From Trypanosoma brucei (lineage: Eukaryota), in the NCBI GenBank assembly GCA_000002445.1, contig CP000070.1, positions 320,001-384,000 of the forward strand: DNA of 64,000 bases, in the 5' to 3' direction. Positions 1-10,627 of this stretch are shown piece by piece. The notes beneath the pieces are model-generated. The model had not been told where the DNA came from and ran no database searches. It was given only the letters and a program-made list of their open reading frames with translations. A program made the translations under genes and the position numbers. Positions within the stretch are counted from its first letter, which is position 1, and the number at the start of each line of letters is the position of its first letter.

Positions 1-872
1 CTCTCTACAAACTGAACCGCGAGACCATATACAGGTGCGACGGCATTCTCACTTTACTTCACATTATGGATGAATATTCTTATTATCCTTCTATACAGCA
101 CTGGGGGTTTTGTTGCCTGCGTAACGTGATGGATGTCGATTCAGTCGTTCGGGCAGAGGCCGTTGAGCTCTTTGCCCAGTGCGATGGCATTGATCTCGCC
201 ACAGAGGTGATCCGCTTGCATAAAGATGAGAGGCATGTGATGCGTCAGGCCTCTTTGGCACTCAGCTGTGTTGCACGTGAGCATGCAAAGCACGCAGAAG
301 CAATGGTGGTGTGCGGCATTGGCAGCACACTCGCTGAGGACATGAGAAATAAGGCGGAGGATTCCTTCACATTTTTTGGTTTAGTATCGTTGCTGTACGA
401 GCTGCTACACTGTATTGCAAGCAGTAGTGGGGTGGTTCCTTCATCTGACGACCCCTCGCGGTTGCTGCGTACTGGGAAACACGACTGGGATTATGAGAAT
501 TCGCTTGATTTAGGTGTCGTCACGCCACGCAGCTTCCTCGTGAGCGAATCTGGAAAGTTGCTCCTACAAGAGCTAAATGAAGGGCATGTGCTTCAGTTAC
601 TCAGCGATGTCATGGAGAGTACTTCCCACGAGACGCTGTGCGGAGACTCTTTGAGGTTGATGACCGAATGCGCCGGTTCCGTTTTCATATTATTGATTCT
701 AACTGGCTGTTGTGAAGAACCAATTGTGAAGAGGTTGTATGGGGCATGTGATCGTCTTGTGGTCAAAAATCCAAGCGAGGCTGCGCTGGTCCGCAGGTCG
801 AAAAACATAATGTGCTGGGTCGCTGCATGTGCCCCGCTCTGTTGTAGTAAGGAAGAAATCTGCCTTGTATAG
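1..872 (+). CDS. 3' end of a gene whose start lies upstream of the window (frame open from nt 3; track ORF 66..872); hypothetical protein
   Basis: Reading frame is open from window edge (LYKLNRETIYRCDGILTLLHIMDEYS...) through stop at 872; same strand as all other genes; no recognisable domain. Confidence 0.45.
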   Translation, partial: LYKLNRETIYRCDGILTLLHIMDEYSYYPSIQHWGFCCLRNVMDVDSVVRAEAVELFAQCDGIDLATEVIRLHKDERHVMRQASLALSCVAREHAKHAEAMVVCGIGSTLAEDMRNKAEDSFTFFGLVSLLYELLHCIASSSGVVPSSDDPSRLLRTGKHDWDYENSLDLGVVTPRSFLVSESGKLLLQELNEGHVLQLLSDVMESTSHETLCGDSLRLMTECAGSVFILLILTGCCEEPIVKRLYGACDRLVVKNPSEAALVRRSKNIMCWVAACAPLCCSKEEICLV

Positions 873-1260
873 GTTTGAGAAAAAGCGCTTATCCGTTACG
901 TTCCTTATGGCTGCTTCGCGTTTACTTGTTATTTTCCACGACTATTTGACTGTGACGGCTGTGTCTGATCGCATGTTGTCTCACCTAGAATAGCACTTCC
1001 GCAGAGGGGGAGGGGAAGGGGGTTGCTGAATCGCCGTGCCGCACCCAATGTAATTGCCAAATGTATTTCTGATCGGTGCATTTAATTGAGGACCTAGATC
1101 TGTACCGCGAGTTTGAACCGTGTTTTTTAGCTCTGTTTTCGTCTTCACCACATGGTTGAAAATGTCGTTCATTTGCACTCAATTTGTACATGACTAATTT
1201 GTTGACAGAATACTTGCCACACCCTTTTACTTGCTCTCCCCTTTGCCGTATCCTAAGGCC

Positions 1261-1415
1261 CTATTATCTTTTTCTCTTCTCTTTTTATTTCGTATCAGTG
1301 GCATCAATCAGTGTGCAAAAGAGGCGCGAAAGTGACTCACCGGCAGCGGAATAATTTGATGTGGGGTTTCCCCCCTTATCTATTGTTTTTTTCCCCCGGG
1401 TTTGCACACACACAG
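1261..1415 (+). promoter_or_regulatory. Polypyrimidine tracts + AG dinucleotides upstream of sphingosine-kinase-like gene (candidate trans-splice acceptor / upstream polyadenylation signal region)
   Basis: ctattatctttttctcttctctttttatttcg (1261-1292) and tattgtttttttcccccgggtttgcacacacacAG (1381-1415) precede first ATG of the large + ORF; typical kinetoplastid intergenic architecture. Confidence 0.4.
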
Positions 1416-1623
1416 ATTGTAAGTACCGAGGTGCCGACAGATTGCATACGCCACGCGTGTCGTTTTTTAAAGCCCGATACGTAGTCATTTAGCAACGGGA
1501 ATAAAGGTGGGACCATTTGAGACAACAAATGCTTGAACTGCTTTGCAACGTTATATATCTAGATACGCACGTGCACATTTTGCTTTCCTCTCCACATTTA
1601 GTTTTGTTCAAACGCTAGCGAGA

Positions 1624-3933
1624 ATGAATGCCAACGGGGTACCCACGGGCTCTGCCACTGCTTCACCTGCGGATCTGCAGCAACCGTTGCTTGGGGCCGA
1701 AGTGTCTGTTCCGATAAAATATCGGAAATACGAGGCGAGTTTGACTTTTTCTCAAAGCACACAGCGCCTTTCGATAAAGCGCACGACACGGAGTGGTAAG
1801 ACTGTCTGCATGGTGAATATTCCAACGTGGAACATTGTAAACATTGTGACCTCTACTGAAGCCCTTGCAGGAAACGGTCGCTGCCGTCGATCAAAGGCAG
1901 CGGCAAGGAAAAGCGAGTGGTCACAAGCGTCTGTTCCGCCGACATTTCCTCAGACTTTCAATCCTGCAGACTCTTCCCAGCGGTATCAGCCAATAGCCCG
2001 AGTGGAGTCCAGCATCTACCCTGTGTCCCGCGCGGATTCCTTTTATTCTTCCACTGCTTTGCCACACTCAAGAACAGCTAGCGGGGCGCGGGGTGGGGCC
2101 ACCACATATTTGGTGTACTACGTTAAGAAAGCAAAAGGGCAGATACCGAAGATATCGACCACAGAGTTCACGGCGGCGACAAGTATGGCATACCAACAGG
2201 AAGCACACAGCACTGTTCAGTGTATATTGAGCGCTATTTACCCACGAGGGTGTAAAAAATTGTTGTTCTTCATTAGTGCCAAGTCGGGTAAAGGCAACGC
2301 ATTGAGCATTTACAAACGTGCTGTTCTCCCGGTGGTGCAGGCATCGAGGCACGAGTTTCAAGAGATTATTACGACGCGTGCACGACACGCGGAGGATTAC
2401 GTAGCAGACCTCGGAAATGATATGAGTGACAAGTACGTTGTTGTTGCCGTGGGCGGTGACGGAATGTTCCACGAACTGGTTAATGGTTTGAACAGAAGGC
2501 GCAAGGCTGCTGCTTGTTGCGGTGCCGACGCTGCGGCGGGGGGGACAGTTGTTGGCCGTTCCAACGGCAGCACGAACGATTTTTCATTGGTGGGAGATGA
2601 AACAGAAGTGAGCGGGTCCAGTAATAACGGCATTCAACAAAAAGCATCGCAGGACCATGATGCACCAAATGATTGGCGAGACGAAACCACCAATGGTGCA
2701 GCAACTAAGTTGTGTACAAGGGGGTTCGCATACTTGAAGGCCAACAATATCGATTTTTCCCTTCCCGTGGTAACCAAACTGCAGTGCCCGCAAACCTTAC
2801 CACTTATTGCCACCATTCCAGCTGGTAGTGGGTGTGGAATGGCGAAAACGTTTAATGTAGACAACATAAAAGAAAGCGTGCTTGCTCTTGTGCATCTAAA
2901 TGCGTGCTCCAAGAGTACAATGAATGTGACTGGCAGCCAAAGGGAATGTGCTAAAACGCAAAGAGATTGTGACGGGGCGAATGGGGTAAGGAAAGGAGGC
3001 GTATCGCGTAGGGGTGATCAAGTTGGCGTGAAGACAAGGAGCGGCAGGAGTGAGAGATCAACACAGCACAATGCTGAGCACGTTGAGCGAGTCGCTTGCA
3101 TGTCGTGTTCGTTTGGTATTATAAATGACATTGACCACGGGTCGGAGAAACTGCGCTGGATGGGAAATGCCCGTTTCACTGCGTATGCGGCATTTCTTTT
3201 GTTGAAAGGGGTGCAAATGTATCAGTGTCGGTTGAGGTACTTACCATGGGTAGGGAAACAGGGACAACAACTGCAGAAGATTGAACCTTCGGACAAGCTC
3301 CCGAACGCAGAGGAGCTTCCTAACTGCACATACACGGATCAGTGCCCTCACTGCTCGCAGTACAAAGTAGCAACGGAGTCTGCCTCCAGAGTTGACTGCG
3401 TGGCTTCCACTCTCACTTCTTTTCCTACTCTTGTCAACGAAGAGTGCAGCGTGCCAGCGGTGGAAGGTAAGGGTAAACACTCGCTTCCGTCTGATTCCAA
3501 TGACTCTATCACCCAACCGATGCCTTCGCAAGAAGAACAGAGCGTAGACTTTGAAGATGATAGCCTTTCATGGGTGACAGTTGAGGGTAAGTTTCTCAGT
3601 ATATTTATCAGCAATATACCAAACGCCTCAAAGGACGCCATCATGACGCCTTATGCACATTTAAACGACAACTCTATCGATGTTGCATTCGTTGTAGAAA
3701 AATCGAGGAAGGTTGGTCGAAGTGATTTTGTGAATATTTTCACCCGTGTGGAAAAGGGTGATCACGTCAAGTTGCCTTTCGTTAGTTATGTGAAAGCACG
3801 CGCCATTGAGCTGGAGGCAATTGAGGGGGATATTATGATTGACGGTGAGGTACTACCAGTGAACAGAGTGAGAATCGAGCCACAATCCCGAACATATGAA
3901 ATCGTGCGCGGCCTGAGTTTGCCTGGGAAGTAG
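1624..3933 (+). CDS. Sphingosine/diacylglycerol-kinase-family lipid kinase (DAGK catalytic domain); track start 1543 is TTG, first ATG is 1624 (MNANG...)
   Basis: Contains ...DKYVVVAVGGDGMFHELVNGL... (GGDG motif of DAGK_cat / sphingosine kinase family) preceded by ISAKSGKG... (substrate/ATP loop-like); long low-complexity insertions as in trypanosomatid sphingosine kinases. Confidence 0.65.
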   Translation: MNANGVPTGSATASPADLQQPLLGAEVSVPIKYRKYEASLTFSQSTQRLSIKRTTRSGKTVCMVNIPTWNIVNIVTSTEALAGNGRCRRSKAAARKSEWSQASVPPTFPQTFNPADSSQRYQPIARVESSIYPVSRADSFYSSTALPHSRTASGARGGATTYLVYYVKKAKGQIPKISTTEFTAATSMAYQQEAHSTVQCILSAIYPRGCKKLLFFISAKSGKGNALSIYKRAVLPVVQASRHEFQEIITTRARHAEDYVADLGNDMSDKYVVVAVGGDGMFHELVNGLNRRRKAAACCGADAAAGGTVVGRSNGSTNDFSLVGDETEVSGSSNNGIQQKASQDHDAPNDWRDETTNGAATKLCTRGFAYLKANNIDFSLPVVTKLQCPQTLPLIATIPAGSGCGMAKTFNVDNIKESVLALVHLNACSKSTMNVTGSQRECAKTQRDCDGANGVRKGGVSRRGDQVGVKTRSGRSERSTQHNAEHVERVACMSCSFGIINDIDHGSEKLRWMGNARFTAYAAFLLLKGVQMYQCRLRYLPWVGKQGQQLQKIEPSDKLPNAEELPNCTYTDQCPHCSQYKVATESASRVDCVASTLTSFPTLVNEECSVPAVEGKGKHSLPSDSNDSITQPMPSQEEQSVDFEDDSLSWVTVEGKFLSIFISNIPNASKDAIMTPYAHLNDNSIDVAFVVEKSRKVGRSDFVNIFTRVEKGDHVKLPFVSYVKARAIELEAIEGDIMIDGEVLPVNRVRIEPQSRTYEIVRGLSLPGK

Positions 3934-3943
3934 CACAGTTGAG

Positions 3944-3974
3944 GTGTGTGTCTATGTGTGTGTGTGTGTGTGTT
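3944..3974. repeat. (GT)n microsatellite immediately 3' of sphingosine-kinase-like stop
   Basis: gtgtgtgtctatgtgtgtgtgtgtgtgtgtt read directly. Confidence 0.9.
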
Positions 3975-5132
3975 AGGTGCAGGTGCGGGTACATGACATA
4001 ACTATTTTTTCCACCTTTCACTGCCCCATCGCGCGAGCATCGCATCGATTATGTGAAGCTACCCTTTGTATTTAACTACGCCTGTACATCTTCATACATT
4101 TACCGTTTTTTTTGTTTGCCCTTGCGCGAGGTATCGTGTCACACGTGTTTCTGTAACGCCTGTAGAATTGTTACGTATGGGCATCACCCATGAGAAACCA
4201 TCGCATCTAGGCGTGTGCCATCTGCTTTACCTCCCCACAAGAAAAAAATAATTACATCAAAACGTGCACAAATACATAACAGCGAAAAGTGCATTGAGGA
4301 GGATTGCCTTTATCTTTTTCTTCTTGTATTGAAGGCATGAACTAAGTGGTAGAACATTTGGTTGCGATCGTACCCCTCCACCCATTCAGCAACCGTTCAT
4401 GCTATTTTTACCTTGTTATCTTTCGTGCACATTTACACGCCTTCCCTCGTATATAATTTCTCTTCGTTTTTCATCTAGTTCTGTTTCTTCTGTTTTATTT
4501 TTTTTTTTTGCCCCCCTTGCACCATTAGCCCGTTCTTCATCGCATGAAATTGAAAATTCATGCAGTGAAACGGATGGCACCACTGCGACGACAAACATTG
4601 CTGTTATAATTGTTGTTTGTCACTTCACGTTCGGCCTCATTTCACTTCTCTTTCTCTCTTTTAACTGGGCAGTTTTAAGTCGTTTTCATTGTTTTGGTTT
4701 GGTCCCCTCGCTTACACTTAAATGAAGATAAACAACGAATGCGACCATGCCGCCCAATATTGCTGTTTCCTCGATGGTTTGTCGCAGACACTTCGCTGCA
4801 CGGCCATAAAATTTTGCTCGCTTCTTTTTCTCTTTTTTTTTTTAAGTACTATTCGTCTCGTCCTTTGTTGGTATTATATTTGTTGAAGGAGGAGAGTTAT
4901 GTGAGGAGGCCCTCTCAACCACTCAGCAAATTTCGAGGAAAAGGAAAAGATGTAGCAATTGGGATGCTTTGTGGGAATCGTTGCGTCTCTCACTTTGTTT
5001 TTTATTTTTATTTACTACTCTTTTTTTTTTTTTGAGAAGGCGTGTATTTCGAAGGAGGATAAATAGAAGTGATGAATATTTCAAATATCTCCTTGTATGT
5101 ATATATATATATATGCGGTTTACTTTAATAGT

Positions 5133-5218
5133 TCCTTCACTTGCTGTCCCCTCCCCCCTCTCTCTCTCTTTCTCTCTATTCTTTCCGTTTATTTGTATTA
5201 ACTTTTTGTGTTTCCGTA
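5133..5218 (+). promoter_or_regulatory. Long polypyrimidine tract + AG upstream of pentapeptide-repeat gene (copy 1; identical tract at 9355-9440 for copy 2)
   Basis: gttccttcacttgctgtcccctcccccctctctctctttctctctattctttccgtttatttgtattaactttttgtgtttccgtAG. Confidence 0.45.
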
Positions 5219-5418
5219 GTCTTATGATTAGACGTGTGTTCAAATAAACACGCAAGTGGTAACGTTGCATTCTACAATATTTCTGCTTTTGTGCACCTTT
5301 TATGGTACAGGTGTTGCTGAAGGTGCATAATAGAAGTACGGCCCACCATCATCACCACGTACGGTTTTCGTGATTCTGCGACTGGTGTCAACAAAAGGGA
5401 AGGGTACTCGAGGAGGAA

Positions 5419-6405
5419 ATGCAACGCCGCTTGCAGTGTTGTTTAATGCGTGTAGCGCGCTTACATTCGGCAGCATTGATGCATAATACAAATGGTTGGC
5501 TTATGATATCTTGCAGAACCGTACACATTACAGAGAGTGAGGCACAGTCGTTGGTACATTTGTCTGAGGCGCTTTTTTCTGATGAGGCAAATGCTCTGGG
5601 AGTATGTCTACCCGATACCAGCCTTAACCTTGACGGAGAAAGTGGGGAAGGGGATTTATATACTGAGACACTCACAACAGAGAAGTATATGGATGTGCTC
5701 GTTAGTTCACCAACACAAATAGATACGAGGGGAAATGTTTCTGCTTCATCAACGGATCTGATGATGCCGCTTACGCAAGCGGTGCAAGAACTGAAGTTAT
5801 GTCAGCAAAGAGAAGATCAGCGAGCCATTTCTGCAGCGCTTTCAACAGCCATGTGTGCGTTGATGGGAAGTAGTTCATCTCCTTCCAGTGCTGCTGCAGC
5901 TGAGTTATTGTTAGCCGGTGCAGACTTGAAAGCAATCATTTCTGATGGTACTATTCGACATATGTGCATTGAGGATAAATGCATGAGTCGATGTGATTTT
6001 TCCACTTTGTCACTACTTTCTGTACAGGCAAATCGCGTGGATTTCTCGCGCAGTCTCTTTTATGCTGCTGCCTTCCATAATTGTGTGTTTAGGAACTGCT
6101 CTTTTGAGGGGTGTGTACTGAAGGAACTCCGATGTTTAGGAGATGTGTGTTTTGATGGATGCTCCTTTTGTTTTGCGAACATATCGTTACGTATACCTCA
6201 TGAGAAACCGAGGCGTATTTCGGTATCTTCGGCTGCCACAGAAGGCGTGGGAAGGTATTCTGCGGAACATGCTGTGATATTTAACCGCTGTGATTTTGAC
6301 CTCTGTGATTTTGATGGTTGTGATACCCTTCCTGCATCTTGCTTTACGAACTGCACCAATACTCACCTCGCCGCCAAATTTTCGTCATGTGTGAGAACAT
6401 CATAA
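5419..6405 (+). CDS. Pentapeptide-repeat-containing protein (copy 1), 328 aa
   Basis: ATG start; C-terminal half shows 5-residue periodicity with central F/L (VDFSR SLFYA AAFHN CVFRN CSFEG CVLKE ... VCFDG CSFCF; later NRCDF DLCDF DGCDT) typical of pentapeptide (A[DN]LXX-type) beta-helix repeats; duplicated at 9641. Confidence 0.6.
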   Translation: MQRRLQCCLMRVARLHSAALMHNTNGWLMISCRTVHITESEAQSLVHLSEALFSDEANALGVCLPDTSLNLDGESGEGDLYTETLTTEKYMDVLVSSPTQIDTRGNVSASSTDLMMPLTQAVQELKLCQQREDQRAISAALSTAMCALMGSSSSPSSAAAAELLLAGADLKAIISDGTIRHMCIEDKCMSRCDFSTLSLLSVQANRVDFSRSLFYAAAFHNCVFRNCSFEGCVLKELRCLGDVCFDGCSFCFANISLRIPHEKPRRISVSSAATEGVGRYSAEHAVIFNRCDFDLCDFDGCDTLPASCFTNCTNTHLAAKFSSCVRTS

Positions 6406-7283
6406 CTGTTGAAACTGCAAGATGAATGACACGAAATAAAGAAGCTTTCGGCTACTATTGGGTTGCCTTGCGTCTGTTTATTTGTTTCATTACTTGAACG
6501 CTTATGTCTGAAGAAGTGAAGGATGGGGTGGAATGTTAAAATGCAGACTAAAACTTTCCCCACGCGCTTAAATGCATTCACCATCAAGTGGGATCTGAAG
6601 GAATACTTATCATCCCCTTCAATTATTGGTACTCATCCATCAATACATGCAACCCAATCAGGTATTTACTCTCTGCTCCAAACAACAAGAATCAGTTACG
6701 TGCGTCATTGGATTTACACGTCCTCTCCTTTTTTTTTTCGTTCGTTTTCAAAATATTCATTTGAATGTGTTTTGACATTCTTCTGTATCATCATTACACT
6801 TTATCTGCAGCGATGAGGTTTGGGAAAAGGGAAAATGTACGAATGGCCGTGCGACTTGCTTCTTTCAGTTCCTTTAACCTTATTGAGTTTCCTTCATTGC
6901 TGTGTCGTGCTGTACACAACACTTTGTGTGCTGGTTGGAATTATGTGGGGATGTTTTTTTTTTTTGCATTTCCCTCTCCACACAGTAAGCCCCTCATCAT
7001 CATTTTCACATTTCTCATCAATCAACATTATAAATACCTGCCCATTGGGTTGTCTGTTACGTGATATGCGTGTAAAATATTCTGGTTCCTTCCTTTCGCA
7101 TGTTTCTGTGGATACTCGAATGTACATATATTTTTTCCTAATCATTTTCCATGCTATTTCTTCCCTATCACTCTTATGGGAAAGTTTGTTTGTCCTGTAC
7201 TTACGAAACCAAGCGCAAGTACATTAGTGTCATACCAATCAGAAAGGTTCGCAGTATTATTCTTATTCTTATTGTGCCCGTGG

Positions 7284-7322
7284 TATATATATATATATTT
7301 ATATATATACGTACATATATAC
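7284..7322. repeat. (TA)n microsatellite inside repeat copy 1 (length differs from copy 2 tract at 11504-11541)
   Basis: tatatatatatatttatatatatacgtacatatata; copy 2 has atatttatatatatttatatatatacgtacatatata, accounting for the 3-bp offset change between copies. Confidence 0.85.
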
Positions 7323-7526
7323 ACCTTTCTATTATTCTAGGTTGGTGCCTTTTTAAAAGTCTTCCCATTAGTTTTTTTTGTGAACATATCCCTATTACTA
7401 GCACTGCCACTGTTACTGTTTGGCTCCTTCTTTGAGTGAGCGCCTGCATCCATTTAAGTGTATATTTATTATTTTTTCGGAAACCACAACCAATTGAACG
7501 ACTACTAAAAGCAAACCAAACAAAAG

Positions 7527-8228
7527 ATGATGGAAAGTATGAACCTTGAACAACCACCACGACTAAACGCCGACCCCTGGCGAGATATGGAGCCAAAGGT
7601 GGATGCAATGCTAGGCGATCTACTCATGATATCTGAGCGTTTCCGAAGGATCGTAAATCCGACAGTGTCTGATGCAGATGAATTAATTGAAGCCATCAAC
7701 TCTGTGGGTGGAGAAGTTGAGACGATGCGGGTCGCTTTAGACACTACGATTGAGCGGCCGGAACTCTTTTCTGTAGATGCGGAAGAATTGAAAAGACGCA
7801 CGGAGAAAACTCGCTCGTGGGAGCGCGATGTTGCGAAAGCCATCGAGTTGCGATCAAAGATATTATCAAACCGTGAAGGGCAAATACAGGATCCACTTGA
7901 GAGTAACGTAATGACACCAAATACATGGGTTGATTTGGACACAACTCATATTCATCCATCAGCTCAGTCGTCGCATATGCCAATGAATAGTTGTGAAGCG
8001 ACTACTGACACATCTGTTGGTGTTGTTGAGTCTCAAGCTCTTATGCCAGTTGGAATACCCATACGTGAGCAAACAGTGAAGGCATCCGAATACTCAACCG
8101 CAAGTGTCGAGGTGCATACAGTGGATGATGTGGATGATCCCAATAATGAGGGATCTCTACTAAAGTACGTATTGGTTATCCTCTTAGTATCATCCATTCT
8201 TGTAGCAATATCGTTGATTTTCTTCTGA
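7527..8228 (+). CDS. Tail-anchored membrane protein with N-terminal helical/coiled domain (copy 1), 233 aa
   Basis: ATG ATG start; N-terminal helical segment (ERFRRIVNPTVSDADELIEAINSVGGEVETMRVALDTTIERPELF... RRTEKTRSWERDVAKAIELRSKIL), S/T-rich linker, single C-terminal hydrophobic segment LLKYVLVILLVSSILVAISLIFF at the extreme C-terminus; no SNARE motif adjacent to TM so not called a SNARE. Confidence 0.5.
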   Translation: MMESMNLEQPPRLNADPWRDMEPKVDAMLGDLLMISERFRRIVNPTVSDADELIEAINSVGGEVETMRVALDTTIERPELFSVDAEELKRRTEKTRSWERDVAKAIELRSKILSNREGQIQDPLESNVMTPNTWVDLDTTHIHPSAQSSHMPMNSCEATTDTSVGVVESQALMPVGIPIREQTVKASEYSTASVEVHTVDDVDDPNNEGSLLKYVLVILLVSSILVAISLIFF

Positions 8229-8755
8229 TTTTTTGATACTGAACTTTATCTCCTCTAATTGTTTCTTTTTGCGTGACTATCCTTCATCCTATGTTAAACG
8301 AAAGTAGGAGCTTATGTTTACGTATGTAGGTGCGCATTTTCTTTGTGGAAATATGTATGCATGCGTGTGGTTTTCTTTTTCATTAAAGCCTGCGAGGTGA
8401 ATGATGGAGTTTTGCTTCATATTTTATACAGAGATTGCTTAATTTGTCTTTCAGTTTCTAACTGTTTTTACCTTTTATTTCATTTATCGTAATGAAAGCC
8501 TACACTGAGCACAAGATACAAACAAGCGGTGTAGGGGAATGCTGCAAGTAACATTTGTAGTTTAAAAGTTATAACTGCAACTGAAAAGTCTCCCAATGGG
8601 CGCAGAAAGGTTTACAAACTTTACAGCTCTAAGAGCTTTCGCAGAAGCATATGCGCAAACGATTTTGTCGCCCAATATTTGGTGCTGGTACGTTACATGT
8701 GAAAAGTTCAATGATATCTGAAGTAAGGGAAATGACATCCGTATTTCTCTCGGAT

Positions 8756-8767
8756 GGGGGGGGGGGG
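8756..8767. repeat. Poly(G)12 homopolymer in spacer between the 3.3 kb repeat copies
   Basis: gatgggggggggggggaaag. Confidence 0.8.
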
Positions 8768-9640
8768 AAAGAAGCTTGGTTTCACATGTTCGGGTTAATC
8801 CTTGATATCCTTCAGCGTAATAAGACATAAATTCATCCTCAGCTCTGTCGAACAGGCGCGAGCGAAGGTTTTGGAATGAATGTTGGGCTCTCACGTAATG
8901 CAACCCCAATCCTTTTCAACGTTGCAAAATGACTTAAGGACAACTGCTTTGATAAAGATGGGGTATACACGAAAACTCACTGTTGAAGCGGGAACACAGG
9001 CATTTGATTAAAAGATAGTTAAGAATGATGAAAGGCGACAACTATAAAATGCAGGAAAATATTATGTTAGCCGCGGGAGCAGGTTTAATGAAGGGCGATC
9101 GAGTAACATAAATGGAAAACAGCGGCGAGTACATGGACCACTTAAATAAATGACAAAAGTGCAGCACCTTGCGCAATTGAAAGAGATGCTTTGTGGGAAT
9201 CGTTGCGTCTCTCACTTTGTTTTTTATTTTTATTTACTACTCTTTTTTTTTTTTTGAGAAGGCGTGTATTTCGAAGGAGGATAAATAGAAGTGATGAATA
9301 TTTCAAATATCTCCTTGTATGTATATATATATATATGCGGTTTACTTTAATAGTTCCTTCACTTGCTGTCCCCTCCCCCCTCTCTCTCTCTTTCTCTCTA
9401 TTCTTTCCGTTTATTTGTATTAACTTTTTGTGTTTCCGTAGTCTTATGATTAGACGTGTGTTCAAATAAACACGCAAGTGGTAACGTTGCATTCTACAAT
9501 ATTTCTGCTTTTGTGCACCTTTTATGGTACAGGTGTTGCTGAAGGTGCATAATAGAAGTACGGCCCACCATCATCACCACGTACGGTTTTCGTGATTCTG
9601 CGACTGGTGTCAACAAAAGGGAAGGGTACTCGAGGAGGAA

Positions 9641-10627
9641 ATGCAACGCCGCTTGCAGTGTTGTTTAATGCGTGTAGCGCGCTTACATTCGGCAGCATTG
9701 ATGCATAATACAAATGGTTGGCTTATGATATCTTGCAGAACCGTACGCATTACAGAGAGTGAGGCACAGTCGTTGGTACATTTGTCTGAGGCGCTTTTTT
9801 CTGATGAGGCAAATGCTCTGGGAGTATGTCTACCCGATACCAGCCTTAACCTTGACGGAGAAAGTGGGGAAGGGGATTTATATACTGAGACACTCACAAC
9901 AGAGAAGTATATGGATGTGCTCGTTAGTTCACCAACACAAATAGATACGAGGGGAAATGTTTCTGCTTCATCAACGGATCTGATGATGCCGCTTACGCAA
10001 GCGGTGCAAGAACTGAAGTTATGTCAGCAAAGAGAAGATCAGCGAGCCATTTCTGCAGCGCTTTCAACAGCCATGTGTGCGTTGATGGGAAGTAGTTCAT
10101 CTCCTTCCAGTGCTGCTGCAGCTGAGTTATTGTTAGCCGGTGCAGACTTGAAAGCAATCATTTCTGATGGTACTATTCGACATATGTGCATTGAGGATAA
10201 ATGCATGAGTCGATGTGATTTTTCCACTTTGTCACTACTTTCTGTACAGGCAAATCGCGTGGATTTCTCGCGCAGTCTCTTTTATGCTGCTGCCTTCCAT
10301 AATTGTGTGTTTAGGAACTGCTCTTTTGAGGGGTGTGTACTGAAGGAACTCCGATGTTTAGGAGATGTGTGTTTTGATGGATGCTCCTTTTGTTTTGCGA
10401 ACATATCGTTACGTATACCTCATGAGAAACCGAGGCGTATTTCGGTATCTTCGGCTGCCACAGAAGGCGTGGGAAGGTATTCTGCGGAACATGCTGTGAT
10501 ATTTAACCGCTGTGATTTTGACCTCTGTGATTTTGATGGTTGTGATACCCTTCCTGCATCTTGCTTTACGAACTGCACCAATACTCACCTCGCCGCCAAA
10601 TTTTCGTCATGTGTGAGAACATCATAA
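9641..10627 (+). CDS. Pentapeptide-repeat-containing protein (copy 2), 328 aa
   Basis: Identical to 5419..6405 product except RTVHITE->RTVRITE. Confidence 0.6.
   Translation: MQRRLQCCLMRVARLHSAALMHNTNGWLMISCRTVRITESEAQSLVHLSEALFSDEANALGVCLPDTSLNLDGESGEGDLYTETLTTEKYMDVLVSSPTQIDTRGNVSASSTDLMMPLTQAVQELKLCQQREDQRAISAALSTAMCALMGSSSSPSSAAAAELLLAGADLKAIISDGTIRHMCIEDKCMSRCDFSTLSLLSVQANRVDFSRSLFYAAAFHNCVFRNCSFEGCVLKELRCLGDVCFDGCSFCFANISLRIPHEKPRRISVSSAATEGVGRYSAEHAVIFNRCDFDLCDFDGCDTLPASCFTNCTNTHLAAKFSSCVRTS

Larger units (their letters stand above)
4963..8268 (+). repeat. Copy 1 of ~3.3 kb direct segmental duplication (period 4222 bp) carrying two genes
   Basis: ORFs 4969/9191, 5419/9641, 6523/10745, 7527/11746 are pairwise (near-)identical at constant offset 4222->4219; similarity begins at gatgctttgtgggaatcg (4963 vs 9185) and decays after ctaattgtttcttt (8268 vs 12488). 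Confidence 0.9.

Noticed and set aside
1543-1623. N-terminal 27 codons of the ORF-track sphingosine-kinase ORF (start 1543)
   Set aside because: The track start is TTG, and eukaryotic nuclear genes initiate at ATG. The first in-frame ATG is 1624. The same correction was applied to other GTG/TTG-initiated track ORFs.
4923-5270. K/R-rich 115-aa minus-strand ORF (and its duplicate 9142..9492)
   Set aside because: It is the reverse complement of the polypyrimidine tract upstream of the pentapeptide-repeat gene (poly-Y read backwards gives poly-K/R/E codons). It is a compositional artefact, not a gene.
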